NCBI GenBank assembly: GCA_963768855.1 | Contig: CAVYJM010000011.1 | Coordinates: forward strand, 128,001 to 192,000 | DNA length: 64,000 bases | Source: an uncultured Thermoplasmata archaeon | GTDB lineage: Archaea > Thermoplasmatota > Thermoplasmata > RBG-16-68-12 | Direction of reading: 5' to 3' | In this document: positions 17,991-27,869 of the stretch, piece by piece | How the letters are laid out: each line of letters begins with the position of its first letter | Position numbering within the stretch: the stretch's first letter is position 1 | Notes under the pieces: model-generated | What the model saw: only the letters and a program-made list of their open reading frames with translations | Database searches by the model: none | Told to the model about the DNA's origin: nothing | Position numbers and translations under genes: made by a program

Positions 17991-18866
17991 ATGGAAGACA
18001 TCGAGCACATCGAGAAGGAAATGAAGTTGATCGACGAGAACGGCGTCCGCTTGGACGGCCGGAAGTTCGACCAGTTGAGGCCGATCCGAATTGAGGCGGG
18101 CGTCCTGAAGCGCGCGGACGGCTCCGCGTACATCGAGTGGGGCGGGAACAAGGTCCTCGCCGCGGTCTACGGCCCGCGCGAGGCGCACCCGAGGCACATC
18201 CAGGATCCCGCGCGGGCCCTGGTCCAGTGCCGCTACAACATGGCTCCCTTCAGCGTGTCGGATCGGAAGCGCCCCGGGCCGGACCGGCGCTCCGTCGAGA
18301 TCTCCAAGGTCATCTCCGAGGCGTTCTCTTCCGTCGTGTTCAAGGAGCAGTTCCCGCGCACGTCGGTGGACATCTTCATCGAGGTCCTCCAAGCGGACGC
18401 GGGCACCCGGTGCGCCGGCCTCACGGCCGCGTCCGTGGCCCTAGCGGACGCCGGCGTGCCGATGCGGGATCTCGTCGCCTCGTGCGCCTCCGGCAAGATC
18501 GGCGGCGTCGTCTGCCTCGACCTGAACAAGGAAGAGGACAATTTCGGCGACGCAGACTGTCCGATGGCGGTCGTGCACGGCACCGGCGAAATCGTGCTCC
18601 TCCAGATGGACGGCCATCTGACCTTCGACGAATTCCAGAAGGCGATGGAACTCTCCCTCGGCGCCGCGGACCGGCTCTTCGAGCTGCAGCGGGACGCCCT
18701 GAGGCGTCGGTACAGCGTGACCCTCGAGGAGATTCTCCGGGAGAGCCCGCCGCCTGTCGCGCCGCCCCCGGAGCCCGAGGATCGCGACTTCGCGCCGGTG
18801 GAGGAACCCGGTCCCCCGGACGAGGCGCCGCCCCGCGACGAGGACTTCGGGCCGGAGGGGATCTGA
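17991..18866 (+). CDS. rrp41: Exosome catalytic subunit Rrp41 (acidic Pro-rich C-tail)
   Basis: [33 protein letters not shown]. Confidence 0.98.
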   Translation: MEDIEHIEKEMKLIDENGVRLDGRKFDQLRPIRIEAGVLKRADGSAYIEWGGNKVLAAVYGPREAHPRHIQDPARALVQCRYNMAPFSVSDRKRPGPDRRSVEISKVISEAFSSVVFKEQFPRTSVDIFIEVLQADAGTRCAGLTAASVALADAGVPMRDLVASCASGKIGGVVCLDLNKEEDNFGDADCPMAVVHGTGEIVLLQMDGHLTFDEFQKAMELSLGAADRLFELQRDALRRRYSVTLEEILRESPPPVAPPPEPEDRDFAPVEEPGPPDEAPPRDEDFGPEGI

Positions 18867-19645
18867 TGAGCGAGGAAATCGTGTCGGACCTCATGCGGGC
18901 CCACATCTACCGCCTCGCCCAGCGCGGGGAGCGCGTCGACGGACGCGGCCTCGATGAGCCCCGGAAGCTCACGGTCGAGCGCAGGTACGTCGGAACGGCC
19001 GAGGGCAGCGCTCGCGCGAAGCTCGGGAACACGGACGTCCTCGTCGGGATCAAGATGTCGACGGGCGAGCCGTACCCGGACACCCCGGACACGGGCGTCC
19101 TCTCGACGAGCCTCGAGCTCGTCCCCATGGCGAGCCCGACGTTCGAGGCGGGACCGCCGCGGCCGGAAGCCATCGAGATCGCCCGCGTCGTGGACCGGGG
19201 CATCCGCGAGTCCAAGATGGTCAACGTCGAGAAGCTCTGCATCAAACCGAAGGAGAAGGTCTGGATCCTCTTCATCGACATCCATGTCCTCGACTACGAC
19301 GGGAACCTGTTCGACGTCGGGTCGTATGGGGCCACCGCTGCGCTCGCATCCACCATCGTGCCTGCGAAGGCCCAGGGCCTCGGCGAGGACTTCCCGCTCC
19401 CCGTGGAGCACTGGCCCGTGAGCGTGACGTTCGCGAAGATCAAGGACCTCATCCTCCTCGATCCGGACCTGGACGAGGAGCGGATGGCCGACGCCCGCCT
19501 GACCGTGACGACGGACGAGAACGGCGACATCCGGGCCATGCAAAAAGGCTTAAGTGGAAGTTTCTCCTTCGACGAAGTCAAGCGGTGCATCGGGACGTCC
19601 CAGAAGGTGGGACGTCAGATTCGCCCGATCTTGCAGGGATCCTGA
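18866..19645 (+). CDS. rrp42: Exosome subunit Rrp42
   Basis: [38 protein letters not shown]. Confidence 0.97.
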   Translation: MSEEIVSDLMRAHIYRLAQRGERVDGRGLDEPRKLTVERRYVGTAEGSARAKLGNTDVLVGIKMSTGEPYPDTPDTGVLSTSLELVPMASPTFEAGPPRPEAIEIARVVDRGIRESKMVNVEKLCIKPKEKVWILFIDIHVLDYDGNLFDVGSYGATAALASTIVPAKAQGLGEDFPLPVEHWPVSVTFAKIKDLILLDPDLDEERMADARLTVTTDENGDIRAMQKGLSGSFSFDEVKRCIGTSQKVGRQIRPILQGS

Positions 19646-19653
19646 GGTCTCTC

Positions 19654-19983
19654 ATGGCGCGTCGCACACGGCAGGTTGGCGTCGTCGGCCGCTTCGGCCC
19701 GCGCTATGGCGTGCGGATCCGCCGCCGCGTCCAGGAGATCGAGGAGGGCCGGCGCGCCCGCCATGTCTGCCCGAAGTGTCAGGCGCCCGCGGTCCGCCGG
19801 CGGTCCTCCGGCGTGTGGCAATGCCGCCATTGCGGCCACGTCTTCGCGGGCGGCGCGTACCGCCCGGTCGTCACGACGTCGTTCAAGCGGGAGCTCGAGG
19901 CGGCCCCGGCTCCGGAGGAATCGAAGGAGCCGGAGGACCCGAAGACCGCAAAGGACGGCAAGGCCCGGGCCGAGGGGGCGTGA
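19654..19983 (+). CDS. rpl37ae: 50S ribosomal protein L37Ae (eL43)
   Basis: [26 protein letters not shown]. Confidence 0.97.
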   Translation: MARRTRQVGVVGRFGPRYGVRIRRRVQEIEEGRRARHVCPKCQAPAVRRRSSGVWQCRHCGHVFAGGAYRPVVTTSFKRELEAAPAPEESKEPEDPKTAKDGKARAEGA

Positions 19984-19985
19984 CG

Positions 19986-20120
19986 ATGTACAAGTGCGCC
20001 AAGTGCCTCGAGCCCATCCGGACGAACATCAACACGGTCGGCATCCAGTGCGAGCGATGCGGCTCGAAGATCTTCTACAAGGAGCGGCCCAACGTCAAGA
20101 AGATCGTCAAGGCTCGGTGA
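19986..20120 (+). CDS. rpoP: RNA polymerase subunit P (Rpo12)
   Basis: MYKCAKC...CERCGSKIFYKER zinc ribbon, 44 aa. Confidence 0.95.
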   Translation: MYKCAKCLEPIRTNINTVGIQCERCGSKIFYKERPNVKKIVKAR

Positions 20121-20122
20121 CC

Positions 20123-20356
20123 ATGCCGCGGGCCGCGATCACGCTCGAGGGAGCCGAGGCCGCCGTGGTCCGCAAAGCCCTCTCCCCGGAGGCGGGACGC
20201 GACGTGCCCAAGGCGCGCGTCTCCGTATCGGGCGCGGGTCGCAAGGTCCTGATCACGATTCACGCGGAGGACACGGGCGCGTTGCGCGCCGCGGTGAACT
20301 CGTACCTGCGTTGGTCGGACGTCGCCGCCCGCGTGCGGCGAGAGGTGACGGCATGA
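20123..20356 (+). CDS. pcc1: KEOPS subunit Pcc1
   Basis: ALSPE...ITIHAED.GALRAAVNSYLRW. Confidence 0.92.
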   Translation: MPRAAITLEGAEAAVVRKALSPEAGRDVPKARVSVSGAGRKVLITIHAEDTGALRAAVNSYLRWSDVAARVRREVTA

Positions 20357-20730
20357 GCATGAAGGAACTATCGCCCCAGTTGCAGAACCAGATCGCCCAG
20401 TACCAGCAGCTCCAGCAGCAGCTCCAGCTCCTCGCGCAACAGCGCATGCAGCTCGAGGCGAAGCTTCGGGAGATCGACGGGACGCTGGAGGAGCTCAACA
20501 AGCTAAGCAGCGAGACGCAGATCTACAAGAGCATCGGGATGCTCCTCGTCCGCCAGGACGACCGCGAGAGCCTGAAGAAGGAGCTCGAGGACCACAAGGA
20601 GACGCTCACCATCCGGGTCAAGTCGATCCAGAAGCAGGAGAAGTCCCTGTCCGAGCGCTACGAGCAGCTTGGCGAGAAGATCCAGGCCGCCCTCGGAGGG
20701 GCGACGCCGTCCCCGAAGGACGAGACCTGA
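20353..20730 (+). CDS. pfdB: Prefoldin beta subunit
   Basis: Coiled coil with IYKSIGMLLV central hairpin. Confidence 0.95.
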   Translation: MSMKELSPQLQNQIAQYQQLQQQLQLLAQQRMQLEAKLREIDGTLEELNKLSSETQIYKSIGMLLVRQDDRESLKKELEDHKETLTIRVKSIQKQEKSLSERYEQLGEKIQAALGGATPSPKDET

Positions 20731-20785
20731 GCCGCCCTCGGATCGGCCCGCAAACCCTTATATCGCCACGTCCCTTGGCGAACTC

Positions 20786-21580
20786 GTGGCGGACGACGAG
20801 GAGGCCGAGGAGTCCCCGGAGGAGACCTCCGACGAGGCTGCCGACGAGCCTGCCGAGACCCCCGTCGCGGAGTCCCGACCCGTCCTCACGGCCCGCAAGA
20901 AGCCGGTCAAGTCGACAAAGGGCAGCTTCACGCGGTTCCTCATGATTTTCTTCATCCTCCTGGCCGTTGTGGCGATCTTCGATCCGACGATGAGCCAGGG
21001 TTTCGGCGCGGTGGCGGGGTTCATCCTCTTCCCCGTGATCGGCTTCGGCGGTCGGTACCCCGTCCTCACCCTGATGATCGCAGGGATGATGACGACCGGC
21101 ATCTCCTCGATCCTCCGGGACCACTACACGGACTGGCTCAAGATGGTCCGGATGCAGAAGACCCAGGCCGCGTGGCAGAAGGCCCAGCGCGAGGCGATGC
21201 GGAAGGGCAACAAGGCCGAGATGCAGAAGCTCACCAAGATCCGCGAGGGGTTCATGCGGGATCAGATGGACGTCCAGGTCAACTCGATGAAGCCGCTTGC
21301 CTGGACGTTCTTCCTCTTCATCGTTCTGTTTGCCTGGCTGAATGTCTTCGTGAACGCGGAGCTCGCCGTCACGGGGGGCCAGTTCTTCGCCGTCCCGTGG
21401 GCGCCTAACGTCTACGTGAATTACGTGCCCTTCCTCCTGCCCTCCTGGGTGCTCATGTACTCCCTCCTCGCGCTGCCCATCGGTCAGATCCTGACGCGCG
21501 TGCTGAAGTACCTCCGGTTCCGCAAGAAGCTCGAGGCGATGGGGTTGCCGATCGAGCCGGAGCCGGTGGACGCCGCATGA
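20786..21580 (+). CDS. DUF106 / EMC3-TMCO1 (Oxa1 superfamily) membrane insertase
   Basis: TM-coiled coil (DWLKM..MQK...Q)-MKPLAWT-TM-W..MYSL pattern; acidic N-tail; GTG start ~25 nt after a TATA-like CCTTATA. Confidence 0.85.
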   Translation: MADDEEAEESPEETSDEAADEPAETPVAESRPVLTARKKPVKSTKGSFTRFLMIFFILLAVVAIFDPTMSQGFGAVAGFILFPVIGFGGRYPVLTLMIAGMMTTGISSILRDHYTDWLKMVRMQKTQAAWQKAQREAMRKGNKAEMQKLTKIREGFMRDQMDVQVNSMKPLAWTFFLFIVLFAWLNVFVNAELAVTGGQFFAVPWAPNVYVNYVPFLLPSWVLMYSLLALPIGQILTRVLKYLRFRKKLEAMGLPIEPEPVDAA

Positions 21581-21590
21581 GGCCGCGAGG

Positions 21591-22130
21591 ATGATTGTCG
21601 CGGTCGGGGGTCCCCCGGGGAGCGGCAAGACGACCGTCGCGGAGCGGTTCGCCCAGGCGCACGCGTACGCCCTCGTGTCCGCGGGGTTCAAGTTCCGCCA
21701 GATGGCGAAGGCCCGCGGCATGGACCTCGAGGCCTTTGGCAAGATCGCCGAGACGGACCCCGAGATCGACCGCTCCCTGGACCACGCGGTCCTCGAGGAG
21801 ATCCTCCGGCAGGACTCCCTGGGACGCGACGTCATCGTGGACGGGCGCATCCAGGCCCATCTCCTTGCCGCCCGTCGCGTGCCCTGCCTGAAGGTGCTCA
21901 TCAACGCACCCCTGTCGGTGCGGGCGGCCCGCGTCGCCGGACGGGAGAAGAAGGACACGAAGGCCGCGGAGCGCGAGATCTCCGCGCGGGAGCGGTCCGA
22001 GCGGATCCGCTACAAGGCGCTCTACGCGATCGACCTCGCCGACGCCTCCGTGTTCGATCTCGTCATCGATTCCTCCAACAAGACGCCGGACCAGATCGTC
22101 GAGCTCGTGTGGTCCCGGGTGGAGGGATGA
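21591..22130 (+). CDS. cmk: Cytidylate kinase (archaeal)
   Basis: GGPPGSGKTT, SAGFKFRQMA, ID..LD, VDGRI, RYKALYAID. Confidence 0.95.
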   Translation: MIVAVGGPPGSGKTTVAERFAQAHAYALVSAGFKFRQMAKARGMDLEAFGKIAETDPEIDRSLDHAVLEEILRQDSLGRDVIVDGRIQAHLLAARRVPCLKVLINAPLSVRAARVAGREKKDTKAAEREISARERSERIRYKALYAIDLADASVFDLVIDSSNKTPDQIVELVWSRVEG

Positions 22131-23083
22131 GCGACCTCCTCGTCCTCCATGAGACCCCGGAGTCGAAGCACGGCACGAGGCCCGAGGACCGTACGATCGA
22201 GGAGCGCATCCGGCTCGGCGTCGTCATCGTGGACAAGCCCCAGGGACCGACTTCTCACCAGGTGAGCGCCTGGGTCCGCGACATGTTTGGCGTGACGAAG
22301 GCGGGCCACTCGGGAACCCTCGATCCGCACGTGACCGGCGTGCTACCTGTCGCGCTTGCCGATGCGACCCGCGCCGTCGACGCCGTCTTGGAGGGCGACA
22401 AGGAGTACGTCGGCGTGATGCAGCTCCATCAGGACGTCGAGGAGGAGCGCGTCCGTTCCATGATGGCGCGCTTCGTCGGGGACATCTACCAGTTCCCCCC
22501 CGTCCGCTCCGCCGTGCGGCGGGAGCAGAGGGTGCGCCACGTCGAGGAGCTCGAGCCCCTCGAGGTCTCCGGCCGGAACATCCTGTTCCGCGTCCGCTGC
22601 GAATCGGGCACCTACATCCGCACCCTCTGCGCGGACCTCGGCGAGGCGCTCGGCGTGGGTGCGAACATGGTCGACCTACGCCGGACCCGCACCGCCTCGT
22701 TCTCGGAGTCGCAGGCCCGTCCTCTCAACGCTTTCCGGGACGCCTTGACCTATTGGCGGGAGGAGCATGACGAGGGCTCGCTCCGGGAGGTCCTGCTCCC
22801 CGTGGAATCGCTCCTGGACCCCTTGCCCCGGGTCGTTGTCAAGGACACCGCGGTCGACGCGATCTGCCATGGCGCCAACTTGCACGTTCCCGGTGTCGCG
22901 AAGCTTTCGCAACACATCAAGCGCGGACAGCTCGTCGGCATCTTCACCGGCAAGGAGGAGGCGGTCGCGCTGGCGAAGGCGATGATGACCTCCGACGAGA
23001 TCGTCGTTGCGAAGTCGGGTGTCGCGGCGGACATCTCTCGGGTCCTCATGAATCCGGGGACCTACCCGAAGCTGTGGAAGTGA
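22127..23083 (+). CDS. truB: H/ACA pseudouridine synthase Cbf5/TruB with PUA domain
   Basis: DKPQGPTSH, GHSGTLDP, CESGTYIRTL, AVDAICHGA. Confidence 0.97.
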   Translation: MSDLLVLHETPESKHGTRPEDRTIEERIRLGVVIVDKPQGPTSHQVSAWVRDMFGVTKAGHSGTLDPHVTGVLPVALADATRAVDAVLEGDKEYVGVMQLHQDVEEERVRSMMARFVGDIYQFPPVRSAVRREQRVRHVEELEPLEVSGRNILFRVRCESGTYIRTLCADLGEALGVGANMVDLRRTRTASFSESQARPLNAFRDALTYWREEHDEGSLREVLLPVESLLDPLPRVVVKDTAVDAICHGANLHVPGVAKLSQHIKRGQLVGIFTGKEEAVALAKAMMTSDEIVVAKSGVAADISRVLMNPGTYPKLWK

Positions 23084-24234
23084 TCGGAATCGGCACAGAC
23101 CCCTGGGGTTTCGATGAGGAACGCCAAGCCCTCGCGCGGCGGCTGCAGCGCCGACGGCGGCGCCTCTCCTGGGTCCGAACCGGAGTCCTCGTCGCCTACC
23201 TGATCGCTCTTCTCGCGGGGCTCTCGTCGGCCGTCCGCGACTGGGCTCTGTCTCTCCATCTGCCGGGCTGGGCCGCCTCCAGCGTGTACCTCCTCGTGCT
23301 CGTCGCGATCGGGTGGGCCATCGGATGGCCCTTCGCGTACCTGGGCGGTTTCCGCCTCGAACGCTCCTCAGGCATGTCGGCCCAGTCCTTGCGCTCTTGG
23401 TTCCTCGATGAGCTCAAGTCATTCGCGCTCGGACTCGGCGCGGTCGTCGTCGCGGGCGACGTCCTCCTGGCGTTGCTCGAGAGCGAGCCGGTGGGGTGGT
23501 GGCTCCTCGCCTGGGCCCTCGGGCTCGTCGTGACCCTGGTCCTCGGATTCCTGGCCCCGGTCGTCCTCGCTCCCTTGTTCTACCGCTTCCGGCCCCTGAA
23601 GGACCCGGACCTCCGCTCCCGGTTCGAGGCGCTCGCGTCCCGGGCTGGCGTGCCCGTCCTCGGGGTCTACGAGATGGGCGCGTCCAGGAAGACCCGCCGG
23701 TCGAACGCCGCGGTCATGGGCTTCAGCCGCACCCGGCGGATCGTGATCACGGACACCATGCTCGGGGCGTACACCGTCGAGGAGATCGAGTCCGTCCTCG
23801 CGCATGAGCTTGGCCATCAGCGTTTCCTCGATCCGCTCAAGGGCGTGGTGGTCGGCGCGCTGCTGTCCTTCGTCATGTGGTCGGTCGCCGCGGGTGCGTA
23901 CGCGGCGACCTGGTCCGCGTTCGGGTTCCGATCCCTTGCGGACATGGCTGGCTTGCCGCTGCTCCTACTGTACAGCGGCCTCGTCTCGTCCGCCCTCGGA
24001 CCGGCCGAGCTGTGGTGGTCCCGTCGGCGTGAGGCGCGGGCGGACCGGTTCTCCTTGGAGCTTACACGGAATCCGGCCTCGTTCGCGTCTGCGATGGTCC
24101 GTCTCAACGACCAGAATCTGGGTGTCGCCCATCCCCATGCCTGGGAGAAGTGGCTCCTCTACAGCCACCCGCCAGGAAGCGAGCGGGTCGACATGGCGAG
24201 GGCCTTCGGGGATCGCCACGGTCCAGCGGCTTGA
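23080..24234 (+). CDS. M48 family (Ste24/HtpX-like) membrane Zn metalloprotease
   Basis: Multiple TMs, SNAAVMG, AHELGH, EARADRF, YSHPP..ER. Confidence 0.92.
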   Translation: MIGIGTDPWGFDEERQALARRLQRRRRRLSWVRTGVLVAYLIALLAGLSSAVRDWALSLHLPGWAASSVYLLVLVAIGWAIGWPFAYLGGFRLERSSGMSAQSLRSWFLDELKSFALGLGAVVVAGDVLLALLESEPVGWWLLAWALGLVVTLVLGFLAPVVLAPLFYRFRPLKDPDLRSRFEALASRAGVPVLGVYEMGASRKTRRSNAAVMGFSRTRRIVITDTMLGAYTVEEIESVLAHELGHQRFLDPLKGVVVGALLSFVMWSVAAGAYAATWSAFGFRSLADMAGLPLLLLYSGLVSSALGPAELWWSRRREARADRFSLELTRNPASFASAMVRLNDQNLGVAHPHAWEKWLLYSHPPGSERVDMARAFGDRHGPAA

Positions 24235-24432
24235 GCCTCTTCACCGCCTCGGAGAAGGCGGGGACGAGGACGGCCCGGAATCCCCCCAGCAGTGGGTCCG
24301 GCACCACGATTGGTACAGAGGGTGAACGCCGCGCGCTCCGCGGCGGGGGCCCCGCATAAGGGTGCCTCGGGCTCGTGCGTGACCCGACGCCGCCATGGAG
24401 CTCCGAACGTGACGGCGACCCGGCGGCCAAGC

Positions 24433-24453
24433 TTTATTACCGCGGAGCCAATC
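24433..24453 (+). promoter_or_regulatory. tRNA-Ser promoter: TATA (TTTATTA) plus GCCAATC element
   Basis: TTTATTA at 24433, GCCAATC at 24447 (14-nt offset, as at tRNA-iMet). Confidence 0.6.
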
Positions 24454-24531
24454 GTGCGCGCGCGGAATGCCGAGGCCGCCCCATCGGGTGACCATGTTCG
24501 ATGGTCCCCTCGTGGTCGCCTCCCGGCACGT

Positions 24532-24641
24532 GCTCGGGTCGCCTAGCTCGGTAGGGCGCGGCGCTGGAGTCGGCGGGGGTTCCCCGCCGCTAGCAACGCC
24601 GTGGGCGCAAGCCCTCGGGAGTTCAAATCTCCCCCCGAGCG
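24532..24641 (+). tRNA. tRNA-Ser(GGA) with canonical BHB intron (24570-24595)
   Basis: GCTCGGG/CCCGAGC acceptor, G73, CGGCG/CGCCG anticodon stem, long variable arm, GGGAG-TTCAAAT-CTCCC; CTGG pairs with intron CTAG. Confidence 0.93.
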
Positions 24642-24676
24642 TCTCCCGAGGACTCCCCGCAGTAGGCTCCGGGCGT

Positions 24677-25729
24677 TCATGCCTTCTCGTGGGGCACCCG
24701 CTTGAGGCGGTTCTTCAGCTCAGTGATAGGCTCCATGGGGGAGGGGTCGACGCGCCGGAGGGTGGCCTGGTATAGGCTGACGAAATCCCCCAGGAAGAGC
24801 GTGCCGAGCATCCGGCCGAGCAACTGGTCGTCCTCGTCGCGGACCTGCTCGACGTGCGCCCGGCGTCCGAACATCACGGCGGTCGCGTCGAGGCGGCGAT
24901 GCATCTCGGGCGTCTCCTCGCGGTCCCGGAGGAGGATCGCGCTGAAGCGTCGCGCGCTCGCGTCCAGCGTCCATCCCATGATCTCGTTGTGGTCCGCCTC
25001 GGGAAGGGATGAGGAGAAGGCCAGCATCTTCGCATTCTCGTTGAGCTGCGTCTGCCAGCGCTTCGCGATTGCGTCGAACGGAGGCGCGCCATAGACCACG
25101 GGCGTGGTGCCTTTGAGACGAGCGGCGAGCGTCTTCGCGCGGTTGCGTTTGAGCGAGACCTCGGGGCGCAGGTGGTCCCGGAGGTCGCGCAGATGCACCG
25201 TGGCCCGCTCCAGTTCCCCCCGGAGATCCCCGTAGACCCATTCGGCGCCGATCGATGGCAGGATCCCGAACAGGTGCCCGAAGGCCCCTCTCGGGGGGAG
25301 GCCCGCGGGGACCTCGATCAGCGTCGCGCGGGCATCCTGTGCCAGCTTGGCGAGCGCGCCCCCCGAGGTGATGACGACGAGCCGGCAGCCGAGCTTGATC
25401 CCCTCCGCCGTCGCGGCCAGCGTCTCCTCCGTGTTGCCGGAATAGGAGACCGCGACCAGAAGGTCGCCGGGCTTCGCGTACGAGGGCAGCCGGTAGTCGT
25501 GGATTGGGTGGATCGGGATGCGGGCGCGGTCGGCGACCCAGGCGGCGAAGACCTCGCCCGCAATCCCCGAACCCCCCATGCCGGCCACGAAGACGCGGGT
25601 GGTGTTCCCGAGGTCCGCGGCAAGGCCGAGGCCGCGGCGCATCCCCTCCCCCAGCTGCTCGGGGAAGGAGGCGATGATGTCCCGCATGCCACCCTTGTCG
25701 ACCTTCGCGACCGCATCCGCCTCGAGCAT
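24677..25729 (-). CDS. Bifunctional phosphoglucose/phosphomannose isomerase (SIS)
   Basis: GMGGSGIAG, SYSGNTEET, TSGG.L, RW.TQLNENAK, EADHNEI. Confidence 0.95.
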   Translation of the reverse strand: MLEADAVAKVDKGGMRDIIASFPEQLGEGMRRGLGLAADLGNTTRVFVAGMGGSGIAGEVFAAWVADRARIPIHPIHDYRLPSYAKPGDLLVAVSYSGNTEETLAATAEGIKLGCRLVVITSGGALAKLAQDARATLIEVPAGLPPRGAFGHLFGILPSIGAEWVYGDLRGELERATVHLRDLRDHLRPEVSLKRNRAKTLAARLKGTTPVVYGAPPFDAIAKRWQTQLNENAKMLAFSSSLPEADHNEIMGWTLDASARRFSAILLRDREETPEMHRRLDATAVMFGRRAHVEQVRDEDDQLLGRMLGTLFLGDFVSLYQATLRRVDPSPMEPITELKNRLKRVPHEKA

Positions 25730-25829
25730 CGGCGGGTCGATGCCCTGAGCCGAAATAAGTCCTCCGTCTCCCGTCGATGCACCAGGAACCTGGTTCTTAC
25801 AACAACGTTGATATATCGCGGGACCTACG

Positions 25830-26537
25830 TTGGTCCTCGTGGACGATCTGAGCCAGGCGCTCGAGGCACTCCGGGAAGGGCGCTTCATCCTCGTCTACGA
25901 CGGCGACGGCCGCGAGGAGGAGACGGACCTCACGATCGCGAGCCAGTTCGTGACGCCCAGCGCGATTCGCACGCTCCGGAAGGAGGCGGGCGGGCTCATC
26001 TGCGTCACCCTCTCGAGCGACGTCCACCGCAAGATCGGCCTGCCCCTCATGGCCGACGTCCTGCGCGACGCCGGGCGCACGTACCCCATCCTCGAGGCGG
26101 TCTCCGCGGAGAACCTGAAGTACGACCGCCACAGCACCTTCTCCCTCACGGTCAACCACAAGGACACGTTCACGGGGATCACGGACACGGACCGCGCCCT
26201 CACGATTTCCCGCCTCGCCACGGTCGCAGGGGAGGCGGTGAAGCGCGAGAACGGGTGGGCGGCGCATGTCTTCGCGGACGAGTTCCGCTCCCCCGGTCAC
26301 GTTCCCGTCCTCAACGCCGCGGAGCCGCTGCTCGTGGCCCGAAAGGGCCACACCGAGCTCACGACGGCCCTCATGCTCATGGCCGGCCTCACGCCCAGCG
26401 CCACCATCTGCGAGATGATGGCGGATGACGACCGCGCCCGCACCAGGAATGATGCAAAGGCATATGCACGAGACCACAATCTCGTGCTCCTGGAAGGGCA
26501 GGACATCGTCCGGGCGTGGCAGTCATGGTCCGCGTGA
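25830..26537 (+). CDS. ribB: 3,4-dihydroxy-2-butanone-4-phosphate synthase
   Basis: DGDGREEETD, GGLIC, TGITDTDRALT, FRSPGHV, RKGHTE, CEMM. Confidence 0.96.
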   Translation: MVLVDDLSQALEALREGRFILVYDGDGREEETDLTIASQFVTPSAIRTLRKEAGGLICVTLSSDVHRKIGLPLMADVLRDAGRTYPILEAVSAENLKYDRHSTFSLTVNHKDTFTGITDTDRALTISRLATVAGEAVKRENGWAAHVFADEFRSPGHVPVLNAAEPLLVARKGHTELTTALMLMAGLTPSATICEMMADDDRARTRNDAKAYARDHNLVLLEGQDIVRAWQSWSA

Positions 26538-26995
26538 TGGCAACGGGGGTCTTCGATCTCCTCCATACCGGTCACATCCATTTTCTCGCCGAGGCGCGGG
26601 GCCTCGGGGACGAGCTCGTCGTCGTCGTCGCCCGCGACAGCACGGCGCGCCGGTTCAAGCACGAACCCATCATGGGCGAGGCCTCCCGGGTGCAGCTCGT
26701 CGCGGCCCTCAAGCCGGTCGATCGCGCAATCCTCGGGCACGAGGGCGGGAGCATCTACGACATCCTGGACGAGATCCGGCCCGATATCATCGTCATCGGG
26801 TTCGACCAGATTCACAACGAGGACAAGATCCTCGAAGAGTGCCGCAAGCGCGGGTTGCAGACGAAGGTCGTCCGCCTCCCGAAGTTCGAAGGGGACCTCG
26901 ACGGTACGCGGAAGATCGTGAGGAAGGTGGCCGAGTGGCTCGCTCTCCAAGAAAAGCTGCAGGCGGTCGAAGGCGGTCGACGGCCGCCGGCCTGA
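26525..26995 (+). CDS. ribL: FAD synthase (archaeal cytidylyltransferase-like)
   Basis: ATGVFDLLHTGHIHFL, VVARD, LKPVD, PDII.IGFDQ; inside the rib operon. Confidence 0.92.
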   Translation: MVRVMATGVFDLLHTGHIHFLAEARGLGDELVVVVARDSTARRFKHEPIMGEASRVQLVAALKPVDRAILGHEGGSIYDILDEIRPDIIVIGFDQIHNEDKILEECRKRGLQTKVVRLPKFEGDLDGTRKIVRKVAEWLALQEKLQAVEGGRRPPA

Positions 26996-27465
26996 AGCGG
27001 ATCGGCATCGTCGACACGTCGTTCAGTCGCTTCGACATGGCCACGTCCGCGATCGACGAGCTGAAGAAGCGAGGCGGCGGCTTCGAGATCCTCCGCTACA
27101 CGGTCCCCGGGATCAAGGACCTCGCCGCCGGGGCGAAGATTCTCTTCGACCGGGGCGCCGACCTCGTCATGACGCTGGGGATGGTCGGGAAGCAGACGGT
27201 GGACAAGGATTGCGCCCTCGCGGCGGACTTCGGTCTCCAGATGGTCCAGGCGACGACGGGGCGGCACATCATCGGCGTCATGGTCCACGAAGAAGAGGCA
27301 GCGGACGAGACGAAGCTGGCATGGCTTTTCGACCGCCGCACCCGCGAGCACGCGGTCAACGCGTACGACCTGTTGTTCCACCCCGCGGCGATCCAAGCCC
27401 GCGCGGGCACCGGGCAGCGCGAAGGCTACGAGGACGCGGGGCCCATCCGGCTGGCGAGGCCATGA
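26992..27465 (+). CDS. ribC: Riboflavin synthase, archaeal type (probable CTG start)
   Basis: KRIGIVDTSFSRFDM, RYTVPGIKDL, REHA.N; only CTG at 26992 (CTGA overlap with the ribL stop) gives the expected ~157 aa. Confidence 0.9.
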   Translation: MKRIGIVDTSFSRFDMATSAIDELKKRGGGFEILRYTVPGIKDLAAGAKILFDRGADLVMTLGMVGKQTVDKDCALAADFGLQMVQATTGRHIIGVMVHEEEAADETKLAWLFDRRTREHAVNAYDLLFHPAAIQARAGTGQREGYEDAGPIRLARP

Positions 27466-27869
27466 GGCTGGCGGTCGTCGCATCCCTCTTCAACCACGAG
27501 ATCGTGGACTCGATGGTCGAGCGCGCGCTCGAGCGCGCGAAGGAGCTCGGCTTGAACGTCACGACCGTGCTGCGCGTCCCGGGGACCTTTGAGATCCCCC
27601 TGGCCGTCCAGCGCCTCCTTGAGCGGAAGGACGTGGACGGCGCGGTCGCGCTGGGCGCGGTCATCCGGGGTGAGACGAAGCACGACGAGGTGATCCTGCA
27701 CGCCACGGCGGAGGCTCTGATGGACCTCGGCCTCCGGACGAACAAGCCGGTGGGACTCGGGATCACCGGACCCGGCATGACGTACAAACAGGCGAAAGCC
27801 CGCATCGACGCCGCGGCCCGCGCGGTCGATGCAGCGAAGTCGATGCATGACCTGCTCCATGGCCTGTAG
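27462..27869 (+). CDS. ribH: 6,7-dimethyl-8-ribityllumazine synthase
   Basis: VPGTFEIPL, ALGAVIRGETKHD, KPVGLGI.GP. Confidence 0.96.
   Translation: MRLAVVASLFNHEIVDSMVERALERAKELGLNVTTVLRVPGTFEIPLAVQRLLERKDVDGAVALGAVIRGETKHDEVILHATAEALMDLGLRTNKPVGLGITGPGMTYKQAKARIDAAARAVDAAKSMHDLLHGL

Noticed and set aside
24235-24430. Possible degenerate zinc-ribbon remnant on the minus strand (CGAPAAERAAFTLCTNRGA)
   Set aside because: No start codon, incomplete Cys pairs; indistinguishable from chance in GC-rich DNA
24461-24531. H/ACA guide RNA call for the tRNA-Ser leader
   Set aside because: No 3' ACA/ANA box and no convincing K-turn; kept only as an unexplained structured leader
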